DNA of 64,000 bases from Bacteroidales bacterium (GCA_963677395.2 OY781965.2:1022330-1086329), one strand, 5' to 3'. Counted from the stretch's first letter, positions 19,091 through 28,478 are shown. Program-made: numbers and translations. Notes: a model not told the origin generated them from the sequence alone.

Positions 19091-19975
19091 TCATTTTTTT
19101 GATTTTCGGCTAACCATGTAAGCTCCTGAAAAAATGAGCAAGGCAGCTCCAATTTTCAGAATAGATGGTGTTTCTGTTAGAAAAATAATTCCAATAAGAG
19201 TTGCAAAAACAGGTTGTAAATAAGTGTAGAACCCGGCAACGGTAGCATTTACCTGTCGCAATGCTCTAACCATTAGTAAATAAGCAACAAAGCTGTTTAT
19301 CAGGATAATGTAGATAAATGCCAACCAGGCAGAATTATTGAGAGAACCCCAATGAATACTCTTCAAAGAACTAAAACCATATGGTATTGTGTAAAGTAAC
19401 CCAAAAAAGAATATCCATTTTACTACTGTTTCCGAACGGTATTTAGCCATCAATGGTTTTACAAGCACTAAATACAATGCATATCCTGCACCATTCAAAA
19501 AGATAAGCAGATTTCCCCAAAATCCCTGAAACAAGTTCATTTCTTTTCCTTGAAGGATGATAATCATGGCTCCGCTAAACCCCATGCCAATACCAGCTGC
19601 CTTCAAAATGCTTATTTTTTCTTTTAGTAATATCGCAGCAAACAACATAACCATCATTGGGTTCAGAGCGTGGATAATAGATGCATCTATGGGTGATGTA
19701 AGATTCAATCCTTCGTAAAATAATATCTGATTTACAGCTACACCAAAAAAGCTGCAATAAGCCAGCTTCCATAAGTCTTTACGATCAACTTTTTCGTTTC
19801 CGGCAAAAAAGTAGTGATAAGGCCAAATAAGCAATAATGCACCTGCGGCTCTCAACACAATTACCTGAGCTGGTGTCATAAACTCAGGCATTAGACTTTT
19901 CGAAATCCAATAATTTGCTCCAAAAATGACGCTCACACAAAGCAATAGCAGATGAGGAAAGTAACTCGATTTCAT
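19091..19975 (-). CDS. EamA/DMT-family transporter
   Basis: 294 aa, 10 hydrophobic segments, duplicated EamA-like halves. Confidence 0.8.
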   Translation of the reverse strand: MKSSYFPHLLLLCVSVIFGANYWISKSLMPEFMTPAQVIVLRAAGALLLIWPYHYFFAGNEKVDRKDLWKLAYCSFFGVAVNQILFYEGLNLTSPIDASIIHALNPMMVMLFAAILLKEKISILKAAGIGMGFSGAMIIILQGKEMNLFQGFWGNLLIFLNGAGYALYLVLVKPLMAKYRSETVVKWIFFFGLLYTIPYGFSSLKSIHWGSLNNSAWLAFIYIILINSFVAYLLMVRALRQVNATVAGFYTYLQPVFATLIGIIFLTETPSILKIGAALLIFSGAYMVSRKSKK

Positions 19976-19992
19976 TTTGAGTGTTTAGGTGG

Positions 19993-20000
19993 CAAAGGTA
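19993..20000 (-). promoter_or_regulatory. -7 promoter box (TACCTTTG) for the EamA gene
   Basis: TAnnTTTG on the minus strand, 18 nt upstream of the ATG at 19975. Confidence 0.45.
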
Positions 20001-20070
20001 GTACTCAAAAGCTATCGGTACTAAGCAAAAGACTTTCGAAAAAGAGTATCTTCTGTTTTTTTTAAAATCA

Positions 20071-20226
20071 AAAGGAGGCTGTTTAAAAAGTTGCAACCTT
20101 AATATACTTTCCCAGACTTTAGGGACTCAATATGACAACTTGCTGAATTATAGCTGTCAGACAGAGTTTCTAAAGTCGGGAAAGTATTTTTTTCCAGATG
20201 AGGAGACATTTTGAACAGCTCCTTTT
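20071..20226. repeat. Nested-palindrome repeat, copy C (longest; likely cyd operon terminator)
   Basis: Imperfect outer arms aaaggaggctgtttaaaaag / cattttgaacagctcctttt. Inner arms tactttcccagactttag / ctaaagtcgggaaagta. Central gacaact...agctgtc. Its reverse complement aligns block by block with copy A. Confidence 0.75.
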
Positions 20227-20251
20227 ATCTGTGTAATTACTATTTAAAAGG

Positions 20252-20356
20252 CTAAGCTTCTTTTTTCTCAAATTTAGTTATTGCGCAAACTGTAATACGG
20301 TATGTTATATAAATAAATACCGGCCAACTAATGAACCATAAAATTTCTGTTAACAT
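20252..20356 (-). CDS. Unannotated 34-aa single-TM ORF directly downstream of cydB (candidate CydX-like small subunit)
   Basis: ATG 20 nt after the cydB stop. Translates to MLTEILWFISWPVFIYITYRITVCAITKFEKKEA: a hydrophobic core with a basic tail. Followed by repeat C as terminator. Below the 60-aa cutoff of the ORF track. Confidence 0.4.
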   Translation of the reverse strand: MLTEILWFISWPVFIYITYRITVCAITKFEKKEA

Positions 20357-20376
20357 GACTTTTGTGTTTTTTTAGA

Positions 20377-21540
20377 TTAGTAAACATGAATATCTTCGTT
20401 CATTTCATCTTCGGTAATCTTCTTGTTGTTTATTGATTTCCAGGCATAAAATATGTATGCTAGCACAAAAGGAACCAATAATGAAACATAGCTCATTACT
20501 GTAAGTGTAAACATACTCGAAGAGCTGTTTTCGATGGTTAAAGAATGCTGCAAATCAAAGGTTGAAGGGTAATAGGCCGTATTGTTGAACCCGGCAATTA
20601 ACAACAATGCTAATACTGTAAAAACAGTACCTATACCTGCAAACCAAATTCCATTAGTTGCAGTTTTGAAAATGGATTTCAGAACGCCAAACAATACCAA
20701 AACAACTCCAACCAGGAATAAGATCAGAATAACGGGCATTTCCAGAAGATTATGGAGATATTTGAACGCTTCCATCGATACAGTTTTTGTTGTAGGATTT
20801 ACTGCAAAGCCATCAGATAACAAAAGAGCTCCAATAAAATAAAGAAAGAATACAAGGAAAGGAATGGTGTTGATGAGAAGTTGTTTTTTTGCTCTTGTAA
20901 AGATCTCATTTTGTTCAACTGTATTCATAAAGTAAAGAATACCTAAGATTCGGGCCAAAAAGAAGACTGCAAGTCCAAGTGCAACATTCTGAAAATTTAA
21001 TACAGCTTCCAATCCATGTGCAGGGCCTTCCCATGCAGAAATTACAGGAAGTTTTCCAGAAGTAATATCAGTCAGATTCATTTTGTTTACCGAAAACATT
21101 GAACCGGTGAAAAATGTTCCAACGGCTGTTCCAACCAAAATTGTACCTAAAGCTCCATTGATAAACAGAAATACTTCATACGTTTTATGACCTAAAAAAT
21201 TATTAGGTTTTGAACGGAATTCATAAGCAATAGCCTGAATTACGAAACAAAGTAAAATGGCCATCCATACCCAATATGCTCCTCCAAAGCTGGTAGAGTA
21301 GAAGAGGGGAAAGGATGCGAAGAATGCACCACCAAAAGTAACTAATGTGGTAAACGTAAATTCCCACTTACGCCCCAATGCGTTTACCAGCATAGTTCTT
21401 TGAATCTCTGTTTTGCCCAATGTATAGATTAATGTTTGCCCACCCTGTACAAACATCAGAAAAACAAGCAAACTTCCCAGTAAAGATACAATTATCCACC
21501 AGTATTGCTGTAATGTCAAAAGTGATAATGATTCAAACAT
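20377..21540 (-). CDS. cydB: Cytochrome bd ubiquinol oxidase subunit II
   Basis: 387 aa polytopic protein. Its ATG overlaps the cydA stop (21540). Confidence 0.9.
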   Translation of the reverse strand: MFESLSLLTLQQYWWIIVSLLGSLLVFLMFVQGGQTLIYTLGKTEIQRTMLVNALGRKWEFTFTTLVTFGGAFFASFPLFYSTSFGGAYWVWMAILLCFVIQAIAYEFRSKPNNFLGHKTYEVFLFINGALGTILVGTAVGTFFTGSMFSVNKMNLTDITSGKLPVISAWEGPAHGLEAVLNFQNVALGLAVFFLARILGILYFMNTVEQNEIFTRAKKQLLINTIPFLVFFLYFIGALLLSDGFAVNPTTKTVSMEAFKYLHNLLEMPVILILFLVGVVLVLFGVLKSIFKTATNGIWFAGIGTVFTVLALLLIAGFNNTAYYPSTFDLQHSLTIENSSSSMFTLTVMSYVSLLVPFVLAYIFYAWKSINNKKITEDEMNEDIHVY

Positions 21541-23117
21541 TAGTTGTTTCCTCCTTCTTTAGGTCCTATTTTAATCTGACGTAACATAATCTTGATTTCT
21601 GCAATAAGCAATGTGGTAAAGATCACAGCAAACAGCCAGAAGGTAATCTGAACTGAAGATGAATCAATACGCGATACAGCTGCAACAGTTGGCATAATAT
21701 CCTGAATTACCCAGGGTTGACGCCCAATTTCTGCTACAATCCAGCCAGCCTGTGATGCAAGATAAGCTAATGGAATTGATAATAGTGCAGTCCATAGAAT
21801 CCACTTTGTATTTTCGATATTCTTTTTATAGATGAAGAATAATACCATTGCAAACAACGCGATAAAGAAGAATCCAAGTGTTACCATAATGTGAAAGCTA
21901 TAGAAAGTTAACGGAATGTTTGGAATAACTTGTTCAGGATTATTTAAATAACCATAGCCAAAATAGCGGAAATTATTTTCAAGAAATACTTTACCTTCGG
22001 GCGTTTTTTCATCAAAGTTGCGTCCTAATGCAGCCATTTTCACAGTATCATTGGCCATTTTTGCTTCTTTATATTCACGTAAAGTATTGATGGCGATTTT
22101 ACCTCTTTTGATTTTTTCGTTTGCAGAAAGAATTCCATATTGAGAATTCCCATCTACTAAATCTTTTACACCGGGAACAAAAGCATTCGCATCGCGATAT
22201 CCAAGCAATGATAACATTTTTGGGATTTCAATTTTGAAGACATACTCATCTTTGTTGTCATTGTATTTTTTACCCGGAGTAGTCATTCCAATTACAATAA
22301 GCCCTACACCTTCTTTACCTTGATAAAGTCCTTCCATTGAGGCTAGTTTCATAGGCTGCTTTTGAGCCACGGTATATGCAGAACCATCGCCTGTAACTGC
22401 CAGAAAAACAGCAGAGAGTAATCCAAAAGCCCCGGCTATAATCATACTCTTTTTTGCAAAAACGATGTTGCGTTTTTTTAATAAGAACCAAGAACTTACT
22501 CCTAGTACAAAAACAGATGCTAGTACGTAGCCCGATGTTATCGTGTGTAAAAACTTATGAATAGCCATTGGAGAGAAAAGAACATCCCAGAAACTATTCA
22601 TTTCATTACGTGCGGTGTCAGGATTAAAATGCATTCCTGCCGGATATTGCATCCAACCGTTGGCAACCAAAATCCATAGAGCCGAAAGATTTGCTCCAAA
22701 AGCAACCAGCCAGCTTGATGTAAGGTGAAATTTCTTACTTACCTTATTCCAGCCAAAGAACATTACTGCAATAAAGGTAGATTCGAGGAAGAAAGCCATA
22801 ATTCCTTCAATAGCCAGAGGTGCTCCAAAAATGTCTCCTACAAACCATGAATAATTGGACCAGTTTGTGCCAAATTCAAATTCAAGGATGATTCCGGTAG
22901 CAACTCCAATTGCAAAGTTGATACCAAATAATGTCATCCAGAATTTTGTAATTCGTTTCCATTCTTCTTTACCGGTTTTTACGTAAATGGATTCCATAAT
23001 GGCTACAATAAATGCAAGCCCGAGTGTAAGTGGGACGAAAAACCAGTGATAAATAGCGGTTAGGGCAAATTGCGCCCTAGACCAGTCAACTACAGATAAA
23101 TCAACATTTTCTAACAT
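21540..23117 (-). CDS. cydA: Cytochrome bd ubiquinol oxidase subunit I
   Basis: 525 aa. Conserved GRQPW motif (AEIGRQPWVIQD) and a long Q-loop. Confidence 0.92.
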   Translation of the reverse strand: MLENVDLSVVDWSRAQFALTAIYHWFFVPLTLGLAFIVAIMESIYVKTGKEEWKRITKFWMTLFGINFAIGVATGIILEFEFGTNWSNYSWFVGDIFGAPLAIEGIMAFFLESTFIAVMFFGWNKVSKKFHLTSSWLVAFGANLSALWILVANGWMQYPAGMHFNPDTARNEMNSFWDVLFSPMAIHKFLHTITSGYVLASVFVLGVSSWFLLKKRNIVFAKKSMIIAGAFGLLSAVFLAVTGDGSAYTVAQKQPMKLASMEGLYQGKEGVGLIVIGMTTPGKKYNDNKDEYVFKIEIPKMLSLLGYRDANAFVPGVKDLVDGNSQYGILSANEKIKRGKIAINTLREYKEAKMANDTVKMAALGRNFDEKTPEGKVFLENNFRYFGYGYLNNPEQVIPNIPLTFYSFHIMVTLGFFFIALFAMVLFFIYKKNIENTKWILWTALLSIPLAYLASQAGWIVAEIGRQPWVIQDIMPTVAAVSRIDSSSVQITFWLFAVIFTTLLIAEIKIMLRQIKIGPKEGGNN

Positions 23118-23119
23118 AT

Positions 23120-23335
23120 TTATTTTGTGTTGGTGAGTTGTTCTAAGACATGATTACTACGCTGCTGGTCATCTTCAAAGTCCTTTTTAAGTTGGTTAGG
23201 GAAAAAGAAAACTTTTAGAATAGCAAACATTATAAAAAGTTTGATAAGGATAATTAACCAAAGTGTTTTTCCGAGTTTCATATTTCGGAAACCGTCATAA
23301 TACAAGTAAAAAGCTTTTCTTAAAAATGCTTTCAT
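23120..23335 (-). CDS. Small membrane protein, DUF4492-like, first gene of the cyd operon
   Basis: I prefer the internal ATG at 23335 (MKAFLRKAFYLYYDGFRNMKLGKTLWLIILIKLFIMF...). The gene ends 2 nt before cydA. DUF4492 precedes cydA in many Bacteroidota (from memory). Confidence 0.55.
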   Translation of the reverse strand: MKAFLRKAFYLYYDGFRNMKLGKTLWLIILIKLFIMFAILKVFFFPNQLKKDFEDDQQRSNHVLEQLTNTK

Positions 23336-23413
23336 GAAATAGGAGAATGCGTGAGTTATTAAATTGTTATTTTGATAACACAATACCGAATTAAAATGTT
23401 CATTAGGGTACAT

Positions 23414-23445
23414 AAAAAAAGCTCAGGTAACACCTGAGCTTTTTC
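23414..23445 (-). terminator. Rho-independent terminator of the T9SS gene 23465..25288
   Basis: 8-bp stem gctcaggt/acctgagc with a 3-nt loop, followed on the minus strand by a T7 run. Confidence 0.75.
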
Positions 23446-23464
23446 ATTATTTAGATTTGATCGC

Positions 23465-25288
23465 TTAACGAACAATCATTTTTAAGGTTTTCTGAGCTTC
23501 ACCAGCAGTCAGTGTATAGAAGTAAGTTCCAGCAGCTAATTTGCTAACATCAAGTGAGAAGTTGTGTTGACCAGCTTCCTGGATTCCTTTATTCATAGTC
23601 ATTACAACACGACCAGTTAAGTCAGTTAACTTGAAGCTAACCTTAGCTGCATTTTTCAGTTCGTAACTGATTTTAGTGTCTTCTGAAGCAGGATTTGGGA
23701 ATGCAGGATTCAAAATGAAGTTATTTGCTACATTTTCCTGAACTCCGATTGGAGTACCATCAACAATTAAACGGATGTGAGGAACGTTACTAACATCGTT
23801 GGTGTACCATGTCCATAAAGTTTCACCAGCTTCTCTTAAAAACCAGGTTGCATCAGGTTGTGGAAAATCTCCACCTGTAGCAAATGAAACACTATCAGTG
23901 CCACCATAAGTTTCAATAACCGCCAAATAGGTAGTGTCTTTAGTTAAAGTAGGATTGCTTGTAAAACGTATATAAACAGTTGGTTGATTTGCTCCTAATG
24001 CGGTAGGGATATCGGATGCCTGAAGTTGATAATAATTTGATTCAGCAATTAAGGTTGACATGCCTTTATATAGTTTAACTTTTACAGTAGCATTTGCACT
24101 AGCACTAAAAACTCTGAATTGCACACCAGTAGCCGTGCAATTTTTGCCCATAATATATTCATTTCCAAGTTCGTAAGCTTGCATGCCAGACGAACCAGAT
24201 CCAGCCCAAATATTATCTGAAGTTAAAATATTATTATCTTTTGCAAATACAGTGTCGCCAATTTTTGTAACTAAAGTGTCACCCCAACTGAATTTTGGGT
24301 TTTCAGTAGAACTTGCATAGAATGTAAACCCATTAACACCGTTTGTGTTTCCAAATGTAAAGAAATCGTCAACACCAATAGTATCATTAGTTCCAAAAGC
24401 GATAGAATCTGTTGGAGTACCAGCTAAAGAAGTAGAAGATACAACTTCCTGAGCATGTAAAGCTACATTATGTTGAGTTGCTGTACCTTGATTTCTAACA
24501 TCAGCAAAAACAGAAGTTTTTAATGTATGTCCATGTGGTATTTGTGATAAACCATTAAAGAACCATACTCTACCCCATTCAACAAAGTTGCTTGGAGCAT
24601 CTTCGATTGTGATATCATCAATCATCCATGCATAATCCCATTCTCCATCATAGAAGAAACGAAGTTTTACATTGGCTTGATTTCCAGCTACTGCAGAAAT
24701 ATTCAGGTCAATATTGTTAGGATTTGTTGTTGAGCTATTTGTGCTAACGCTTGAATTGATTTCAATCTGAGTCCACGCAGCTCCATTGTTGTTAGAAATT
24801 TCAACATATGTTTTACTGTGATATTTACGGTAATATTGTTGGAATTTTAAACGGATATAAGAGTGTCCGGTAGTATTAATAGTTCCGGTGTAGGTTAAGT
24901 ATACTTTTTGAGTAACAACACCAGCATGTAACTCCCCTTGACGGTCTGAGTCATACAAAGCAAATTTATTTGAAGCTGTTGTCGATTGAATAGCTCCCAT
25001 TCCTGATGAATATTGTCCTTTTGGTGAAGTTGTATCAACAATCCAAGTAGAATTGCCTGGATTTCCAATATCATTGGATGTCCAATCTGAGGGGTTTGAA
25101 AAATTATTTGACCAAACAATAGCTTTGCTTTGGTTTGGTACTGGTTTAAATGATTTGTTGTTTTTTACAACACAATTCTGGCTTCTCATTACATTAGCTT
25201 GAGGGGCATTCGACGAAACTTGCTTTAATTGAGCAAATGATGCGAATCCTAAAGCCATAGCCAAAAAGAAAGTAATCGATTTTTTCAT
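23465..25288 (-). CDS. Secreted protein with a MAM/choice-of-anchor-J-like N-domain and a T9SS type A sorting domain, paralog 1
   Basis: Signal peptide MKKSITFFLAMALGFASFAQ. YAWMIDDITIEDAP module. CTD ends AGTYFYTLTAGEAQKTLKMIVR. The start at 25288 is preferred because the -7 box at 25325-25332 covers the track start (25327). Confidence 0.7.
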   Translation of the reverse strand: MKKSITFFLAMALGFASFAQLKQVSSNAPQANVMRSQNCVVKNNKSFKPVPNQSKAIVWSNNFSNPSDWTSNDIGNPGNSTWIVDTTSPKGQYSSGMGAIQSTTASNKFALYDSDRQGELHAGVVTQKVYLTYTGTINTTGHSYIRLKFQQYYRKYHSKTYVEISNNNGAAWTQIEINSSVSTNSSTTNPNNIDLNISAVAGNQANVKLRFFYDGEWDYAWMIDDITIEDAPSNFVEWGRVWFFNGLSQIPHGHTLKTSVFADVRNQGTATQHNVALHAQEVVSSTSLAGTPTDSIAFGTNDTIGVDDFFTFGNTNGVNGFTFYASSTENPKFSWGDTLVTKIGDTVFAKDNNILTSDNIWAGSGSSGMQAYELGNEYIMGKNCTATGVQFRVFSASANATVKVKLYKGMSTLIAESNYYQLQASDIPTALGANQPTVYIRFTSNPTLTKDTTYLAVIETYGGTDSVSFATGGDFPQPDATWFLREAGETLWTWYTNDVSNVPHIRLIVDGTPIGVQENVANNFILNPAFPNPASEDTKISYELKNAAKVSFKLTDLTGRVVMTMNKGIQEAGQHNFSLDVSKLAAGTYFYTLTAGEAQKTLKMIVR

Positions 25289-25324
25289 TGCTATGTATTT
25301 TAAAATGAATTTTATGGTTTTGTG

Positions 25325-25332
25325 CAAAAGTA
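25325..25332 (-). promoter_or_regulatory. -7 promoter box (TACTTTTG)
   Basis: TAnnTTTG on the minus strand, 37 nt upstream of the ATG at 25288. Confidence 0.45.
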
Positions 25333-25647
25333 ATTAATTCTAGTTATTCAGAACTTATTGCTTCTTCTTAATTAACAATTATTTGAGTATTATAGTCTGA
25401 GAAGCGTGATTGTATAATACAATTGTTTAATTTGAGCTTATAGTTCTGATTGTAATTGTCAAGAAGCTATATTCTTTCACAAAGTAGTAAGACATGATAA
25501 ATTTATTTTAGGTTAAGTTGCTACTTATGTATTTTACACATTTATTCGAGTGGCAAATATACTAAATTTATTTAGTGAAATCGAGAAAGGGTGTTACTTT
25601 TCGACCAACTCGTGACTTTTGGAGATGATGAGCGGTTTTTTCAGGAC

Positions 25648-25687
25648 AAAAAAACAGGCAGACGAAATTCGTGTCTGCCTGTTTTTT
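25648..25687 (-). terminator. Rho-independent terminator of the T9SS gene 25706..27583
   Basis: 10-bp stem acaggcagac/gtctgcctgt, flanked by an A run and a T run. Confidence 0.8.
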
Positions 25688-25705
25688 ATTTTAGATATAA
25701 ACTAA

Positions 25706-27583
25706 TTAGCGAACAATTAATTTTAAGGTTTTTTGATTTTCGCCAGCAGTTAATGTGTAGAAATAAGTTCCAGCAGCTAATTGACTAATATCAAGTTTCA
25801 TGTTATGTTGTCCAGCTTCCTGGGTTCCTTTATTCAAAGTCATTACAACGCGACCAGTTAAATCGGTAATCTTGAAGTTAACTTTAGCAGATTTTTTTAG
25901 TTCATAATTAATAGCAGTTTCAGTTGATGCCGGATTTGGGAATGCCGGATTTAAAATAAAGTTGTTTTCAGTATTTTCCTGAACTCCGATTGAGAAAGTT
26001 TCATCAACAATTAAGCGAATCTGAGGGACATTGCTTACATCGTTTGTGTACCATGTCCAAATAGTTTCTCCAGCTTCTCTTAAAAACCAATTTGCATCTG
26101 GTTGTGGAAAATTTCCACCTAATGCGAAAGCAACAGTATCTGTGCCACCATAGCATTCAACAACAGCAAGATAAGTTGTGTCTTTATCTAACATTGGATG
26201 AGTTGTAAACGGTAAGTAAATTGTAGGTTTGTTGTAACCATATGATGTAGGCGCATCATTTGCTGTTGTCTGATAATAATTTGATTCAGCAATTAATGTT
26301 GTCATGTTTTTGTAAAGCTTAACTTTCAAAGTGGCACCCAAGCTAGTAGTAAAAATGCGGAATTGAATACCAGTTGCACTGCAAGTATCGCCCATAACAT
26401 ATTCACTCCCAAGTTCAAATGCTTGCATTCCTGAAGAACCGGAACCTGCCCAAATATTTTTGCTTGAGAAGTAATCATTATCTTTTGCAAAAACAGTATC
26501 TCCAACAACAGTTTTTAATGTATCAAGGCGTTGATTTTTTACAATTTCATCAGAGTTAACATAGAAGTTGAATTTGTAAGTACCATTTGCATTTATATTA
26601 AAAAAGTCTGTTGCAGCTAAGGTGTCATTTCCACTTATAACGAGAGAGTCTTTATTAGTGCCAGCAAAATCAGTATTTGAGTTTAATTCTCTTGCGTGTA
26701 ATTTTACATTGTGTTGTACATTTCCGCCTCTGTTATAAAGGTCGGCATAAGCAGTTGTAATGAATGTATGTCCACTTGGAATTCTTGAATATCCATTAAA
26801 GAACCACATACGACCCCATTCTACAAAATTATTAGCAGCATCTTCAACCGTTACGTCGTCAATCATCCAGAAATAATGGCTTGTACCATAAGCACGGAAT
26901 TTGATTTTTACGTTAGCCTGACCTCCTACATAGTTTGAAATGCTAATGCGTTCAAATAAAGCATTTTGTGAAGAAGCGTTAACGGCAACATTATGACCTA
27001 CATCTACAGAGTCTGTCCATGTAGTACCATTATCTTTACTGAAATAAACCATTAATTTATAACCAGTATAGCATCTGAAAAAATGATAAAATGTTAAGTG
27101 TACACTCGGATGAGCGGATAGGTCAATCGTAGGAGTTGTTATTGAAGCATCAATTTTAGAAAGATTTGTTGCCATAACAGGTACAGCTGGGTTTGCCCAG
27201 TTTGAATTGATTGAATCCATGTTTAAAAGCATAAATCCATTACCAGCTGATGGAGATTTAATTGAATCCAAATGCACTGTAGAACCTGGTCCGTTAGTAT
27301 AGGTTCCAAAAGGAGATGTGCTTGACCATTTCCAACCAGCATTTAATGCACCACCTTGGTTTGTTTTTGTCCAGGTTGCAGGGAATCCTCCTCCAAAAGT
27401 TTCGCTGAAAATTACAGCTTTACTTGAGCTAGGAATATAAGAAGGTTGACTTTTTGAAATTGCTTCCTGAGATGAACTCATGGATGGCATTACAGAACTA
27501 GGACGTTCTGAAGAGCTACGAATCTGGCTGAAAGCCTGAAATCCGAAAGCTAATGATAAAAACAGTACAAATGTTTTTTTCAT
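25706..27583 (-). CDS. Secreted protein with a MAM/choice-of-anchor-J-like N-domain and a T9SS type A sorting domain, paralog 2
   Basis: Signal peptide MKKTFVLFLSLAFGFQAFSQ. YFWMIDDVTVEDAA. CTD ends AGTYFYTLTAGENQKTLKLIVR. Its C-terminal roughly 370 aa are highly similar to paralog 1. Confidence 0.7.
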   Translation of the reverse strand: MKKTFVLFLSLAFGFQAFSQIRSSSERPSSVMPSMSSSQEAISKSQPSYIPSSSKAVIFSETFGGGFPATWTKTNQGGALNAGWKWSSTSPFGTYTNGPGSTVHLDSIKSPSAGNGFMLLNMDSINSNWANPAVPVMATNLSKIDASITTPTIDLSAHPSVHLTFYHFFRCYTGYKLMVYFSKDNGTTWTDSVDVGHNVAVNASSQNALFERISISNYVGGQANVKIKFRAYGTSHYFWMIDDVTVEDAANNFVEWGRMWFFNGYSRIPSGHTFITTAYADLYNRGGNVQHNVKLHARELNSNTDFAGTNKDSLVISGNDTLAATDFFNINANGTYKFNFYVNSDEIVKNQRLDTLKTVVGDTVFAKDNDYFSSKNIWAGSGSSGMQAFELGSEYVMGDTCSATGIQFRIFTTSLGATLKVKLYKNMTTLIAESNYYQTTANDAPTSYGYNKPTIYLPFTTHPMLDKDTTYLAVVECYGGTDTVAFALGGNFPQPDANWFLREAGETIWTWYTNDVSNVPQIRLIVDETFSIGVQENTENNFILNPAFPNPASTETAINYELKKSAKVNFKITDLTGRVVMTLNKGTQEAGQHNMKLDISQLAAGTYFYTLTAGENQKTLKLIVR

Positions 27584-27630
27584 GTCTCGTGTTTAATTTA
27601 GGTTATACAATCACTTTGATTTCTCAATTA

Positions 27631-27638
27631 CAAAAATA
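27631..27638 (-). promoter_or_regulatory. -7 promoter box (TATTTTTG)
   Basis: TAnnTTTG on the minus strand, 48 nt upstream of the ATG at 27583. Confidence 0.4.
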
Positions 27639-27674
27639 CATTATTTTAGTTATCAATGATAATTCCATTTGAAA

Positions 27675-28478
27675 TTACCAGCTACCACCGGCACCACCGC
27701 CTCCGAAACTACCGCCTCCGAAGCCTCCAAAACCGCCTCCACTACCACTTCCTCCTGAAAAATTACTCCAACTTCCATTATGTGAGTTATTCATTGTACT
27801 CATTAACCATAAAGCTGTCCAAAATGAAGTTCCGTGTCCCACACTTTGTGAATACTTTCTGGCTGATCTAAGCATTGTGAAGATGATCATTATAATGACA
27901 AATAAAACAACAATGGTTGCTTGTGCTGGTAAAGATTTTTGCTTTGCGTATTCTTTGCTTGATATTTCTCCGGAAGCAAGTTTCATTAAATCGTCAGTAG
28001 CTTTGTCTAAACCTGCGTAGTAATTTTTCTTTCTGAATTCAGGAATTAACACATTTTCGATCATTCGCTTTGAAACTGCATCTGTAATTACCGGCTCGAG
28101 ACCATACCCCGGAGCAATAAATGCCTGTCCCCGTTCATTTCCAACTTTCGGTTTTACAACTACAACCACTCCGTTGTTGAGTTTGGCCTGACCAACTTTC
28201 CATTTTTCTCCCAGTTGAATAGCAAAGTCACTTATAGCATATCCTCCCAAATCTTTAACTGTAACTATTGTTATCTGATTTGATGTGGTATCGCTAAAAC
28301 GAACAAGTTTTTGTTCAAGCATTCTAATTTCCTCGGGATTCAGAATTCCGGCAAAATCGTTCACTAAACGAGGAGGATTAGGTGCATCCGGTATTTCTTG
28401 TGCAGAAAGATTCATGTTTCCCAACATCAGGAAAAACGTAAGAATCAAAGTCAGCTTATGGATTATTCTGTTTTTCAT
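27675..28478 (-). CDS. TPM-domain protein (YgcG-like) with a TM anchor and a Gly-rich tail
   Basis: VNDFAGILNPEE...ITIVTV...GVVVVVKP...GYGLEPVITD. C-terminal GGSGSGGGFGGFGGGSFGGGGAGGSW. Confidence 0.8.
   Translation of the reverse strand: MKNRIIHKLTLILTFFLMLGNMNLSAQEIPDAPNPPRLVNDFAGILNPEEIRMLEQKLVRFSDTTSNQITIVTVKDLGGYAISDFAIQLGEKWKVGQAKLNNGVVVVVKPKVGNERGQAFIAPGYGLEPVITDAVSKRMIENVLIPEFRKKNYYAGLDKATDDLMKLASGEISSKEYAKQKSLPAQATIVVLFVIIMIIFTMLRSARKYSQSVGHGTSFWTALWLMSTMNNSHNGSWSNFSGGSGSGGGFGGFGGGSFGGGGAGGSW

Noticed and set aside
25409-25423. A perfect 15-bp palindrome ATTGTATAATACAAT about 120 nt upstream of the T9SS paralog 1 start. It could be an operator.
   Set aside because: A 7-1-7 palindrome is expected several times by chance in 64 kb of AT-rich DNA. 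I found no second copy upstream of the paralog or elsewhere.
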